A DNA stretch of 64,000 nt from Cycas panzhihuaensis (taxonomy: Eukaryota > Plantae > Cycadophyta). Position numbers and translations under genes: made by a program. The stretch covers positions 61,635,741-61,699,740 of the forward strand of contig CM041465.1 of the NCBI GenBank assembly GCA_023213395.1. Direction: 5' to 3'. Positions 13,641 to 27,870 of this stretch are shown here, in pieces. Below the pieces are notes generated by a model, which did no database searches, was not told the DNA's origin, and saw only the letters and a list, made by a program, of their open reading frames with translations. Within the stretch, counting starts at the first letter, position 1. Each line of letters starts with the position of its first letter.

Positions 13641-16599
13641 ATAATAAGAAATATAGATAATAATTTCTTTAGCTTCTTTACTTCTCTCATCTCTCAGTTA
13701 CCTCTAAGATGAGAGAAGAAAATAATAATAAAGACTAAAGACAAGGGAAAGTAGGCAACTACATGATCCTTTGGGATGAAGGAAAATAAAATGGGAGGAA
13801 ATTATGAGTATAAAGTCAACCCCATTTTTGTATCTAATTTTGTTATGTTTCACTACTTTCTTAAGGACCTTTTATAAATAGTTTCTAGTATTTATCATGA
13901 AACATTGAACAACTATAAGAATACTTTTAAACCATATAAATATGTTGAAACTTTATGAAAATACTAGTTATTTAAGTTAAAGTCATAATATACTCCAAAA
14001 TCTTTAATTACATCTAAAGATACTTTATTCTATGGGCCTTTTAAAATCCCTTGAGTTTTATTTTATTTTATTTTATGGAACTTCCCTTTAATATTTTTAA
14101 AAGGGGAGTTACATTTAGCCTATTGAAGGGAAATATGTAAATGTATCACATGGAGTAAGTTCATTAAAGATAGTCCATAATAATTGCTCCCAAGATTTCA
14201 AACTAATTGATAATTGGTCCTAATAGTTTCATGTATGTATAAACACCAAAATTTGAATGAATGGAACTAAAAAAGGATTTCTATAAGGAATTTCTTTATG
14301 CATCTTGGCTTTGATTTTCTAGTAAAACCTTAATGGCCCATTAGTTTAGGGTAGGGAAATTATGTAATTGTTGTAGGGAGATGACTTGGAAGGTAAAAGA
14401 CCCTTTATAGTTTAGGATTGAATCCTTTTGGTGTGTATGATATACCTTGATCAAATGTTATGTATCTTTCTCTCTTTTAAAGGCCACTCAATTGTTGGAT
14501 CAATGAAATTAGAGTGTGTTACATACCCTTGTACTAATTTCTTAATAACACTAATGTGGTATAGATTAGAAGTTAGAGTGAGGGTAGTTTAGTCATTCAG
14601 ATTATAGTTTGAAGTAATTTTTCATGATAGGTTTAGGGACTCTTTTTCACCATTCATAAATATTATGAATTAGGTTTGATAGGACTCTTCTAAATGTATT
14701 AGAACCCCATTAGAAATATGTCACTTCATCTTATATTCCTCATTGTTCACTTTATGAGATTAACATCAAATAGGGTTACCTCCTTTCATCCAAAAATAAG
14801 GTAACCATTCATATTAGTAACTAATTTCACCACTGTCACACATCACATAGTTCTTATGGCCCCACATTACTAAAAGAGAGATATGGAGAATTCAAAGAAC
14901 ATAGAATTAAACTAACTTATAGCTATAACTACTATGTAAGTAACTATTTAAAAATACAAGTAAAAATGAGTTTTCCATAGGAGTATATGGCCCATCCTCA
15001 AGATCTAAATATGGCTCATGAGAGGGAGAGTTATCTCTACATCTTAGATACTCTTTTGACTCTTAAGATAATGAATATGAAATAGGAAAGTTCCTAGGAT
15101 TACATTCCTATGATGGGAAATTATTTAGCCTCCAAGGGGAAGTCAAACAAACTAAAAAAATAAAAATCATATAAGTCACTATATACATTAACCTATATAA
15201 AGGTGGATTAATGATTAACATTTAAAATTATTTTCACTAAGAAGTCTACTTCTGCATTCTATAAGTGTGAGATATGCATCATAGCAAAAAAGTAGAAAAA
15301 GTAAGTTAGATAGAAAGTATAGTATAATGTAAAGCCTAGAGAAAGGTTATATAAGTAGCAATTATCCATATCTTGCTTAATTAATAACTATGAGTTTGAA
15401 TAAAAGAGTACATGATGCACATTTATGGAAATAGTATATTTCATGGTGGTAATTATAACTTCTTATTCAACCAAGTTATTAGTAGTGTAATCAAGGTATT
15501 TTCTAATGGATTTAATAAGATATCCATTAAAGTCATAAATAATCTAGGAATTTGTGTATGAATCCAAATTTCTATGAGATATCCTATTAATGAAAATAAC
15601 CCATTATTGAATCAAAGACTTGATAATAATTAATACATTAAGGACAATACAAAAGAAGATATGATAGCTAATAAAAAGAAGTTATTCTATATGAAGAGAT
15701 AAGATAGGGTGTTAAGAATAAATCACTTCAATAGATGATAATTTGAAAGAAGTAATTGCAAATGTAATTAAGAGTAGGAAATGTGAAATATGAATATAAA
15801 TATATATAAATACAAAATGAAGAAACATAAAAGTTTGAAAAGTATTATTTAACAATGCAAAAATGAGAAGTCATTTCAATATGTAGGAAATGAAGAAAAT
15901 GAGAAAAGAAACAAGTAGTATTCAATATGGGTGAAAATTAATGTACTAAATAATTAGGAAAAAAATATAATGGAAAATAATAAGAATTTAAAAAATTTTA
16001 TTAAATAATACCACCAACTCCTAAAAAGAAAGGGATAAGGAAACCAATGAAATGTTGACCAAAGGTACTTGTAATTCCTTAAAGACAAGACTTAAAACAC
16101 CCATTTATAGCTAAAAAGCTAATAGTTAAAATAACAAGACCTAAGGCAATATCATTACTTTAAGAATAATAGAAAAAGGCATTCATGGTGTGCTCTTTGA
16201 TCCATCTAAACACATAAAATTAAGAAGATGTATAAGAAGATATAATTTTCTTAAGGAATAAAATCATACACCTCATAAAGGAAATGTCTTATTCTATACT
16301 TTTTCCAAAAGAAAAGTATTTTTATATTTAAAAAATAGGAAAATAATTAATACTATAAAAATACCCTAACCATAGTTTATAAAAATAAATTAGTGATGTA
16401 GACAATGGTATGCATATCTAGTAGGACTTAAAACTTAGGAAAAAAAGTATATGGACTCAAGTCTAATCTGGTCACATTCTTCCCTAAACATTAAAGATTA
16501 GTCTCCCATGGATGAAATTGTCTTATTAGAAAAGTCTTTTAATTAAAGAATATCAAATGACTAATCTTCAATGGTTAGGAACTCCCTTTCCATTTTGTA

Positions 16600-19500
16600 C
16601 TTAAATTAGTAGTATAAATAACTAATTTTAGGTATTTTACATTTTTTAGTTCTAAAGAGACTAAATGACTTGTATTTATTTCCAATTGAAGCATAAAGTT
16701 AGCAAATGGGGAGATGGGGTTAAAATTTAAATAAAGAATAGGTTTAGGAATAAAATCACTTCTTAGGAGTAGTTTAAGAGATTCTTCTATACTCATTATA
16801 TACTTGAGGATGATATGGAGGAAGCATAGACCCAACTATTATAAATCCAACAAGAAGTACTAGTCAAAGATTACAAATCAAATATTAAAGAGTTATTTTC
16901 TCACATTCCTCTCATGTCCACCTTTGATCATATCTATTAATATAAGGAAGGTTTGAAGTTTTATCTTTAAAGAGTTCTAAAGGCACACAATTTAGAATTT
17001 ATAAAGGAGTCCATGGGTTTAGCACTTCATATAAATAAACTTGAAGAGGATAGGAAGATCCTATATAAAGGTAATGGTTCTTTCAAATTATCGAAAGGAA
17101 ACAAATCAATGATGTCATTTCATATTAGGGGTAAAGTTAGGCTCTAGAGAGGGAACCAAGGCGAGTCCTCAAAGAAAATAAATCCTGTTGAAGAGAAAAA
17201 TAAATGCTTTGAAAATAATTTGTGGTTTATTTATAAGAAAGGAGGACATCACTGTTATAATTATCCACAAAAGTAAACTACTAATGTGATCTAATTGAAC
17301 TAAATTAAAGACAAAGCAATTATAATTTCATGCAGAACAAAGATAACAAAAGGGTGGTTCATACAAAAAAAACTTCTAACATTCATATTTGATAAATTAG
17401 AGAACATTAATGGGACAAAAATAATTATGTTGATTGATAATGGTTGTAATTATAATTTTATAATTTATAGGGTTGACCAACACTTGGAATAACCCATAAC
17501 CAACTTAGATTTTATATATGAAGTAGAACTCAGTAATGGTTAAGGAAACTAGGCTTAGGATATGTATTCTTGAGAGATGCCATTATGCATTTAGTCACAT
17601 GGTGATATCATTTATTTTGACATGATGAATGCTAGTTACCATGATGTTATTTTGGGATAAAAGTGATTGTATGATTTATTCTTAAATTAGTTTCTAATTG
17701 CACCTTATAAAGTTTGAGCAGGGTGGTTGCTAACACTTCTTAGTTAGCGATAAAGTGTCATAGTGTGTTCCCATGGTGTCATCCACCTAACTAAAGAAGG
17801 TATATAAATAATGTGACAACACATGTTCTACAATCCTTATTGAAGAATAATCAAGAAACTCCTCAAGTAAAGATGGCCATGATATGCATAACCTCTTAAG
17901 TGAGTTTATTTATGTATTCCCTAAAAATTTGTCTTATAGCTTACTTTGTGAATAAGATGTCAATCATGCTATTAAGTTAAAACCAAGAACTAAACCTATA
18001 TCTAAAATCCCATATTAAGTTAGTTTTTATAAGTAGGAGGAAGTTAAAAAATAAATCATAAAATTACTAAAGAAGGGGTTCATTCATTCTATTAAGTCAC
18101 CATTTAAAGTTCTAATTCTCTTTATAAAGAAGAAAGATGGGTCTATAAGAATGTATATAAAGTACAGATCCCTAAATAAATCCACCATAAAGAATAAATA
18201 TCTCATGCATTAATTTGATGATGATCTGGATCATTTAAAATGTGTGATAATATTTTCAAAGATTGATTTAAAAAATGGATATAATTAAATATGAATTATA
18301 TCTTTAGATATAGAGAAGACTGCATTTAGGACAAAAGATAGGGATTATAACTTTTTGGTCATACTATTTAGATTGACCAATGCTATTGCTACAATCATAA
18401 GATTGATGAATGGGATACTCCACCTTGTTTAGATAAATTAGTTATGGTTTTCATTGATGACACACTTATTTTTAGTAAAAATAAAGAAGAACATTATAAA
18501 CATTTGAGAATATGTTATAGGTCTTAAGTAAGCATAAATTATATACAAAGTTATAAAAGGGTGATTTGTATCAAAACCAAGTAGAGTATTTAAGTCACAC
18601 AATCTACAAAATAGAGTGGCATCAAATCAAAAGAAAATATAAGCAATAAAGGAGTGGATAACTCCATGTGACATGTATGAATTATGAAGATTCCTTGGCC
18701 TTTTAAATTTATAGAGGAAGTTTATTTAGTATGGTTATTGACTTACATCTCTTCTAATTAATTGATTAAAAAAAATATTCTAATTATATTTGATTCAATG
18801 TTTATCAATTGAGTTCTAATTTATTAAAGGTAAAAAATAATGACTACCCCAATTTTATATATTTTTGATATATCAAAATTATATTTATAGCATACTAATG
18901 AAAGTAGGCCAACTATTAGAGCTATCTTGATTCTTGAAGGTCACATAGTGGCCTACGAAAGATACAAATACAATCCAATTAAACAAAGATATTCTATTTC
19001 TTTACTAAAAACCATTGATGATGATGCATGCCATTAAAACCTAGAAACATTATCTAAAAGGCATCAATTTTGAGGTTTATATAGACTATAAATCATTAGT
19101 TCACTTATCTTTAAAGGAAGAGTTAAATTCTTAATAATATAGGTGGGCAATATTTTGCCAAGAATTTTAGCTAAAGATTATATGCAAGCTAGGAAAGCAT
19201 AACGTGGTTGTTAATGTTTTGTCTTGAGTTCACTTTACTATTACTATATATTTCCTTCATGGAACTTTTATAGGACAAGTTTAGTAGGCACAACCGTTTG
19301 ATCATTAGAGGAAGGATATTCTATTATCACTCAAGCTATCACCAATAGATCATGGAAATTTCTTTATGAAAGATGATTATTAGTGGTATAAAGATAAGTT
19401 GGTGATACCTAACATTCACAAAATACATCAATATATTTTTTATGAGGTGCATGATGGTTTATATGCAATCTATATTAGTGGTGAAAAGTCCTACCAAATA

Positions 19501-19785
19501 ACTAAGAAATCAATGCATTAACAAAGTACAAAAAATGACATTATGGATTGTATTAGGCCTTATTTAGAATCTTATGGTAATATTGCAAAGCATAAAAAGT
19601 CTATTGATTTACTATAGTCTTTGCTAATACTTATAGGTAAATGGTATAAAATACCTATAGACTTCATAATGCATATACCTAGGACTTAAAAGTAATGTGA
19701 TTAAATCCTAGTTATAGTGGATCATTTCACATAATTAGCATGATTTATTCTATATTAAATGACCCACTCTAGTATATCAATAATA
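16600..19785 (+). mobile_element. Degenerate Ty3/gypsy G3 (gag-PR-RT-RH-partial INT)
   Basis: Retrotrans_gag-like segment (~16780-16900), knuckle relic [52 protein letters not shown] and VFIDDTLIFS, RH, INT GKWYKIPIDFIM, truncated at ~19785. Confidence 0.88.
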
Positions 19786-19790
19786 GGGAT

Positions 19791-20150
19791 TGATAGAGTG
19801 TTTGAATATTAAGTTTTATAATTATGAATATAATATTTAATTCGTGATCAAATAGTCATTAGTATATATAAAAGGTTTCTTACATATATAATATGGTTAG
19901 TATATATATTGACATGACATGATTAGCTAATATATAAGGTGATGGAATTATAAATATATACACACATCATTTGAGTATTTTGAGATGAGATGAACTAATG
20001 CAGAGACTATGCTCCACCCTTCACTTATATTTTTTCCTATCTTGGGTTTTCTATGTATAAATCTAGTGTCTCATGTGTTATCTTTCTCTTGTGTATGTTT
20101 TGTTATATTTATATATACAGATTTTATTAATTATACTTGAATGTTTATCA
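19791..20150. repeat. Possible solo LTR (copia-like)
   Basis: TGATA...TATCA termini, TATAAATA, GGGTTTTCTATGTATAAATC motif. No matching TSD. Confidence 0.3.
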
Positions 20151-20879
20151 TTAAACAGCTCATGAATATTTATATTTTATTATTATTCATTATAGTTTTA
20201 TATTAATTAATGCTTCATACATCTCTTACTATTGATATTAATGCTTATTTATGTGGCTCATGACTTTGGTTATAAGCCTTTCCTTTAAAGTTTTGTAACA
20301 TGTTAGACTTTAGATTATTTTATTATTATGTGAATGATGAGCCATTGGGGTTATAACTCTCATATCATATGTGTGTTAGATAGGATTTAGATTCTATTTA
20401 GGACATGTATTTATGCACATACAATGCATTGCTTAAATTTAATAAGAGATGATTATGTATAAGATTTGTAATTACTATGAAATTAATTTTCATGTTAATT
20501 GATAATAGTCCTTTTATTTTAGGTTTTCCATTCTTTTTATGTTGAAATTAATAGTTCTACATAGTGTTAGGGATAATTATAGGATTTTATAACATGTTAT
20601 AATGCTCTATTAAGTTGATGAATTTAGGTTTTACACAAATCTTAGGTAGCATGTTGTAGAAAATTATTGAAGTAGGTACGCAAGATTACAAGTGTTCATG
20701 TTGAGGTGCTTCTCTAAAATATTTATTTTTAAATATAGATATTTGAGTACTATTAAGTAGACAAAACTAGTATTATCTTTAAGGGTGAGTAGCCATTAAC
20801 AAGTTGTAGATGCTTGTTCATTGGTTAAAGGCATAATCTTTATAGGTTGTAGATACTTATTTATATCTTTGAGTAGGTT

Positions 20880-22250
20880 ACATAACCAAATAACTCACTT
20901 AGATATGGTAAAAAGGGTATAGGGGCACAAGAGATTCTCTTATAGTTCCATATTAATATGTTGGCTTTATGAGCATATTCCCTTGATGAGGCCAACTAGG
21001 TAACGAGGCAGTTTGAGTATCATGGATCTAGCTATGAATAGATAGTGCATGAGATCTTAGGCATGTGGCAAGTGAGATGTGGCCATGAGAAACACTCAAA
21101 GTCCTCATATTGTTAGGATGACAATGAACCAATTGGTTCCTCATCTTTATGATGGGATGATAACCTAGTTTAGTAGTGAAGTTGATGTGGTTGAGAGGGT
21201 TACAGTAGGTGGAACCTCACCTCCACTTAGGGTAGAGAAGTAAGGGTAAGGGGTGGTGTATCAACATAGAAGGAATAATCTAAAAGTGGACTGATAGGTA
21301 GTCAGAGAGCTAGATAGGATGACACCCCACTAGAAAGTGATTGCTATAGGACAAGCAAGTGTTAATGATAGAGGAGATATGGAGTAAGTTATTAGATGAG
21401 TAGAGATACCAATAGTAGTAGGGGTTTCCTTATAAAGTGATGGTATAAAGGTGGACTAGGATGGATGTTTAGAGGTAGAGGAGGTAGTACATAGGGCTAT
21501 AAGAATCCCTAATCCAAGAGTTAGTGTAATGACACTACCTCCTATAAGTATATATATATTTGATTATTTTATGCTTGTTGAGTTTACTTAGCACTTATGC
21601 ATACAGTCATTTTTTAATCTTTTTTTTTCTTTAGTGGTTTAAATATGTTTAAAATATGATTGACTAATATATGCTTTATATTATAGGTATGGAGGTTATT
21701 AAGGCCTCGATGTTGAGGAGGACCCTTAACAACCTCTTGTTATTTATGCATGAGTTGGGTGAAATTATAGTTTATCAAGATGGTGATCTTAAGATCTTAG
21801 GTCCTCATACTTAACATTTTGCACTAGTCATTAGGGCTAGAGATATATATGGAGAGCTAGAGGAATATATGGTAGTACAAGAGGTAGAGATGAGAGGTCT
21901 TCAAGCACAACTAAAGGATGTTGATGATGAGAGACAACATCTTTACCAAATGACTATTTTTTAGGTATGCAAGCGTATTACTTCCTTTATTAGCTAGAGT
22001 ATTCATCAGGCATGAATTATCACTTATAAGAGGGAGGGGTCCCATTCCTATTCTCACCATATAAAGGGAGATCAAGGTAGCCCTCATTGGCCATGCTAGG
22101 CATAACTTGTGGCCTTAAGAGATAGATTTTAGTGGGATAGGGGGGTACAGATATGAGTCTACTCCATAGGTGTAGGAAGGCAGCTATGGGGGCTCACCTA
22201 TGAGCATTTGTATACACCCATGGAAGCTACAAGACCATGATATTATATTT
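20880..22250 (+). pseudogene. PMD-like antisense accessory gene of Tat-A, 5' truncated, intron 21548-21686
   Basis: YSSILICWLYEHIPLMRP...DLAMNR*CMRS aligns with 50270-50470. GT..CTAAT..AG AT-rich intron. Downstream exon QAQLKDVDDERQHL. Confidence 0.75.
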
Positions 22251-22545
22251 ATGATACATGCATTATATGAGTTTTGAAAGTTGTATATATGTTATATTAC
22301 TTTTTATCTTCAGAGGTTGTATATATATAGAACATTAGCGTCTCTAAACTTTCTATTATCCCTTATGATGAGTAGTGTAATAGGCATGCATGAATCTAGA
22401 TATTTGTATATTTTTGTATTTTGAATATTTTAGTTAATTTTTACATTTTTATGATATTATTTACACTTTAATTTATACTCATTATGGTGTGTTTAGTTAG
22501 CTTATACTTATTACAGAGTATTTCCCCTAGCTTAGGATGGTAAGG

Positions 22546-22949
22546 CTAGAAGTGATGGTATTTCAAAATATGAGATATTAGAGTGTTAACTTCAATATTT
22601 TAACTACATGGAATATGCTATAGTGTAATAAACAAAAAGTAAGACAATAACGACATAACATGAATATAAAGGTAGTATAAGTGAAGTGAATAGATGTGAT
22701 AGACATTGAGAAATTAAAATACCACAACTTAGAAATCAATAAAAAGCTTGATAAGTCTATCATAAAACTATAAAATATCATTAAGGGCTCCTATGATACC
22801 ATATATTTAGCTTCATTATTAGTTACCTAGGGCAGAAACAAACCAACAAAGGTTAATATTTTATCTATTTGTTCACAAATAATCCATGCAATAATAGATG
22901 GCACTAAGTTGCCTCAACTACCTCTATCAGTATATATGCTCAAGGACAT
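22546..22949 (-). pseudogene. Archaeal-type RNase H (aRH / RVT_3-like) of Tat-A
   Basis: MSLSIYTDRGS*GNLVPSIIAWII..VTNNEAKY..IIGAL..LFIDF*VVVF*..HIPCS*NIEVNTL, matching the DGxSxGNPG / TNNxAEY / DSQLV / HIPRxxNxxAD pattern. Confidence 0.85.
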
Positions 22950-24000
22950 GATAAAGAAGGAACAAATTTAGACACAAAGTGACAGATGTAGGTATGGTAT
23001 AGAAATTAACCTATGAGGATATGGAACTATATGAAAGACTTGGTTTCAACTATAATATGAGAAGGGGACATGACCATGGTTTGGTTTTCTTATCATAAGA
23101 GTACCTCATAGACATAATAATGGTAAAATATACTAGATTTCAAATAGGTTTCAATAATAATTAAGGTCATGGAAGGCCTAAGCAACTAGATCTTAAGGTC
23201 CCAAATAACACACACTAATGGATCTTGACTACATTACTACAACTAAAGGTGAATTCATCACACAACTTACTTTGGATGATAAGAGGGTAGAAACATATAT
23301 ATAATGTTTTTTTTTTAATATTATCTTAGGTGATATTATATAATGGTTTAGATGAAAGTTATGGTGAACTAAACATTATTAAACCTACTTTTTGGATGAT
23401 AAGCAATCATTGTTTTAACTATAATCATTATCTAAGTTTCATTGAGATATGATAAATAGGGGGTGTGACTGGGTCTAAGAGGTGCTTGATGATTAGCCTA
23501 GCCACAAAATATCAAAACTTATCAAAACATAACAAGGGTGATTTTTTTAATCAGACTAAGGAGACAAAAAGCCAAGAACCAAATCGTTAAAGGCTAAACC
23601 ATAGGAGATGGAAAGATCTTTGAGTCAAAATGTCTCTAAGCATCATAAGAAGGTGAAACAACACACAATAAACTTCAAGAGGGAAGGTGAGGTACATAAG
23701 TGGAAATCATCATAGCATAGAACAATAAGTGAGTGAATAAAGGAGAGTGGAGTAATGCTAATTATAAGATAACTAAGATTAATGGTAGGTTTGCTGTGAA
23801 GGTTACTGATAAAGTGTAAGATCATAGGAAAAAGATAGCTCAAAGATAGGGGTTATTAGAGAAAAGACTAGAAATTTGAGAGTCTTACATATATAGGGAA
23901 GCTAACCATCTAGACTTATATTTACTTATCGTGCTAGTAGATAAAGTTGGGGACTAAGTTCCCTAAATATAGAACTAGAGGATATAATTTCTAAAGTGGA
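22950..24000 (-). pseudogene. Unknown extra-ORF relic upstream of aRH (Tat-A)
   Basis: Collinear DNA similarity to 53200-53960. In-frame PLIIQSKLCDEF vs PLIIQGKLHDDF. Confidence 0.55.
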
Positions 24001-25020
24001 TAGTACCGACTAGGAAAACTTATGATAAAAAGGAAAGATATATGTTTTTGTTGTTTTATGGTTTTTTTCTTTTAAGGTTATGGAGTAAAGGAAACCTCAA
24101 GAAATATAATCATGAGGAAGATGTAAAGATGTTGTTCTAAGTTTAAGAAAGACTAACCATAAAAGATTGCATGAGTACCATCTCTTATGGGCCAAGGCTA
24201 GTTGGTTATTCAAGTAATCAAATATGCTTAAGAAGGCAACTAACATCAATCCTTTATAAATGGTAATTAAGCCATATCTAACTTTTGGTTAGGGGATGTC
24301 AAATAAAACTTAATAAGACATACCTAAAAGGAATCATAGGAATACCTATCAACATTAGGGGAGACCCAATTAATGAATGATCATGCAAAACCTATTAAAA
24401 GAAACTTGTCATTTTCCAAATAAATTCAAAAATATATTTGGCAAGTGACAAATCTTTAAAGCATACTAGATTCTCCATTGACTACTTCTAAGTAGATATT
24501 CTCATAAAACCAATACCCTATAGAGGTCATCATTGACCCTTAATTCTTATGAGGGTCTATATTTCTAGGTATTATTTCTTATTCTCAAGTGTACTAAGTT
24601 CTAAATTAGCATCATGTCTATTTCAAAATTTCCCATCCTCATGCCTTTAAAAGGAAATGTGGACCCAATCATCCTAAGTATAGAACTTAGAAGGGAAGAA
24701 TGAGATATAAGGGCCATAAATAAGACAAAACTACTTCAATCGAGCTAATTAAGACCCATGCATACATGCCTAATAAACAATGCCTATGCCCCATTACCTA
24801 ATAGTAGTTGTACATGGTTGTTTTGAGTTATAAACATGCATGAAAAGGTATAAGGCTTAGCAAGAAGGTGAAGTGGTAAAAGGGGGGTTTATGCTTGCAT
24901 TAGAACAATGTCCTAGGGAAGAAGAAATAAACTAGACAACCATAGTTTGGGCACATTAAAAGGCAAGCCTTTTGGAGTTATAGTTTTATCCTCATTAAGA
25001 AGGGGATGCATGCTACCCTA

Positions 25021-27870
25021 TCAGGCATAAAACTTCTATAAAAATTACAATTTTATAGGATTTTGGAGTTTAAGACTATCAATGGTATAAATATGGAATG
25101 TGTTACTCTTAAGATCTTTAATAACTAGGTAAGGTCCTATCCACTTGGGGACAAATTTTCACTGCTTGTTGAGAAGGTATTTAAGCTTGCACACCCTATC
25201 ACCAATACAAAATTTTTGAGGCCTTAATTACCTATCATAGGCTTCTTAAACCCTAGTTTTAGAGGCTATATTATTCTAAAGGGTAGTTAGGCATGTCTTA
25301 TCCATTTTCTCTAACTCTAGTAGTTGTGCCTCCCTTCTCCATTCTTCATTGGTGAAATACTTTAGGGAAATATATAAGAATAATATTTCTACCTTAAGGG
25401 GTAAGAAAATTTTAGAACCATAGAGTATAAAGAATGCTATCATTTTGGTCATATTTTTTATGGAGGTATAATAGGACCATAATATAAGAAAGAGTTGAAT
25501 ATGCTAGCCTTAGTGAGAACTAGTTATAGTCTTAGCTAAGATCTTGGCTAATATTTTATTGAAAGCATTGACTTGGCCATTGGTTTTAGGGTGGTAAGGT
25601 GTTGATAAGTGATGAGTAATATGGAATTTATTATATAGTTCATCCACTTATGAGTTGTAGAAGGGAGTTCTATTATCTATGATGATGATGTTAGAAACTT
25701 TAAATCAATAGATTATATACTCAAAGATAAATGTTGTAATTAATTTTCTACTTATGGTAACAAGTAATATGGATTAAATTCACTTGGGAAAGTACTTTGT
25801 AGTAGTCAAAATGAATTTATAACTACTAAAATATAGAGGGTAAATTTAGCCTATGAGGTCAAGTCTCCATTGGGAAAAAGGCCACATAAATATGATAGAT
25901 TTGAGTGACGTGGTGAATTGGTGTACTAGTATGGCATGTACTTGGCACTTTTCACATTTCTTAACATATGCATGTGCATCCTTAAATAATATTTGCCAAT
26001 AATATCCCATTCAAAGGATACACATAACTATGGATTGACCACCAAAGTGGCCTCCGCATATGTTGTTATTGCACTTAGCTAGGGGAACTTAAGTGTTGGA
26101 AGATGAAAGACATCTTAATGGAACTTTATCAAAGGAGCATTTATAAAGGACATCTTTAAGGAACATATATTAGCATTTAGTTACTATAACTCATTTCTTA
26201 CTTTTAAAGGATGCTCTAAGAGAACAAGTTTAGTCATTGAAATAAGCTTTAATCCTTTTGTACCATTCCTGTCCTAAAGGCATGCCATCTACTTGAGAGG
26301 TTAGCTTGTTGGGGAGCCTATCATTATTGGTCAAATTGGTAAGGTTGGGTAATAGTGCCTTAACCATTATTTTGGTGACTATAATGCCATTTTTAGATTT
26401 ATTATTGATAAGTTAAAGGTTTAACTCTTATAAGAGGAGCTTCCACTTGCCAACTTACCCCATAAAATCACTCTTAGTGAGTAAGAAGCAAATGGGGTTT
26501 AACTAGTGATTATGAAGGTAGTGTTGCTAAGGAGATAATGGCTTAACTTCTTAGTCATGAATACTAAGGATAAGCATTATTTCTTTGAAGAGGAGTAGTT
26601 AAGGTTGGTAGTAGTGAGGATTTTTCTTATAAAATAGATAGATTACTCATTGTTAAACTCATCCTCTTAGGCAAGCATACCCCTACGGGACTTCTCAATG
26701 GAAGATACATATAAGATAAAAGGCCTGACAAAGATGAGGGAAATAAAAATAGGAGTCAGAACTAGGGCTTACTTCAATCTATCAAAAGATTCTTAGATAA
26801 GTGTGCTCTATTTTAGAAAGGCCCCTTTCTTAACAAGATTGGTGAGGGGTTTAACATTCAATGTAAGATTTGTAATGAACCTTTATAGTAAGCCTAACTT
26901 GCTAAGAAAGTATTTTACTTACATTTGAATTCATAAAGGTAGCATTTTAATGAAATCCCTTATCTTTTAGGGTGGACTCTAATGTAATTATGAGAAACTA
27001 TGTTTCCTAGCATTTTGCTAGAAGTGATGGCAAAGATACATTTGCTAAGATTGAGGCACAAGTGATACTTGCTACATCACTTGAAGATCATTCTCAAGTA
27101 TTGAATGTGATATTTCCTATAATGGGACATGCTAAGCATGTCATCTAAGTATATAACTATTATGAGCCTAATTAGGTTGTGAAATATGAAGATCATTACC
27201 TACTACTAGGTGCCTCCAACATTCTTCAGGCTAAATGGCATGACCTTATAGGTAAATGTTCCCCATGGAGCTATGAAAGCTATTTTATGATGATTATCAG
27301 ATAAGATAAGTATTTGGTTATATCTTAAGAAGTTATCCATAAGGGACATGATCTTAAAATTAATCATCTAATCCTATATTTATTCAAGAAATGGGACAGA
27401 AAAATTATTCTTCAAAAAAGCATCATCAATATCATAAAAGTTAATACATATCTTAATCAATCCATTTTTCTTTATAATAGGAATAATATTAGATACCCAT
27501 TATAAGTAATTTATGCTTTTAATGAAACCTACTTTTAATAGTTTCTCAACTTCTTATTTAATGGCTATAGATAGATAAGGAAGGATAGGTCTTTACTTTT
27601 TCCTCTTAGGTTTAGCTCCTAAGATTGTGATGATATTGTAAACCATGACATTAGGTTGGAGGCCTTATATGTCATTATAGTCCTAAGAAAAAACTAATAT
27701 GAACTCGTGAAAGAGTTCTTTAAGTTACTTAATTTCTTCTACCAAGTAATCCACTCCAACCTTGATGATTCTCGGTTTGTCATTGATTTTTAAGCCTATA
27801 TCCATTATTTTGCTAATGAGCATGGTATTCTCTTCTTCAAAATAGGAAGGGGTATGACTTACAAAAGATG
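25021..27870 (-). pseudogene. Tat-A pol: RT-RNase H-integrase
   Basis: Pre-RT PSYFEEEN..KPRIIKVG. RT AFIAPWGTFTYKVMPFSLKNVGGT. RH ending GKWKLLL*E. INT ICGGHFGG, YVKKCEKCQVHA, STPYHPKTNGQV. GPY/F end KFVPKWIGPYLV..KFYA*. Confidence 0.92.
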
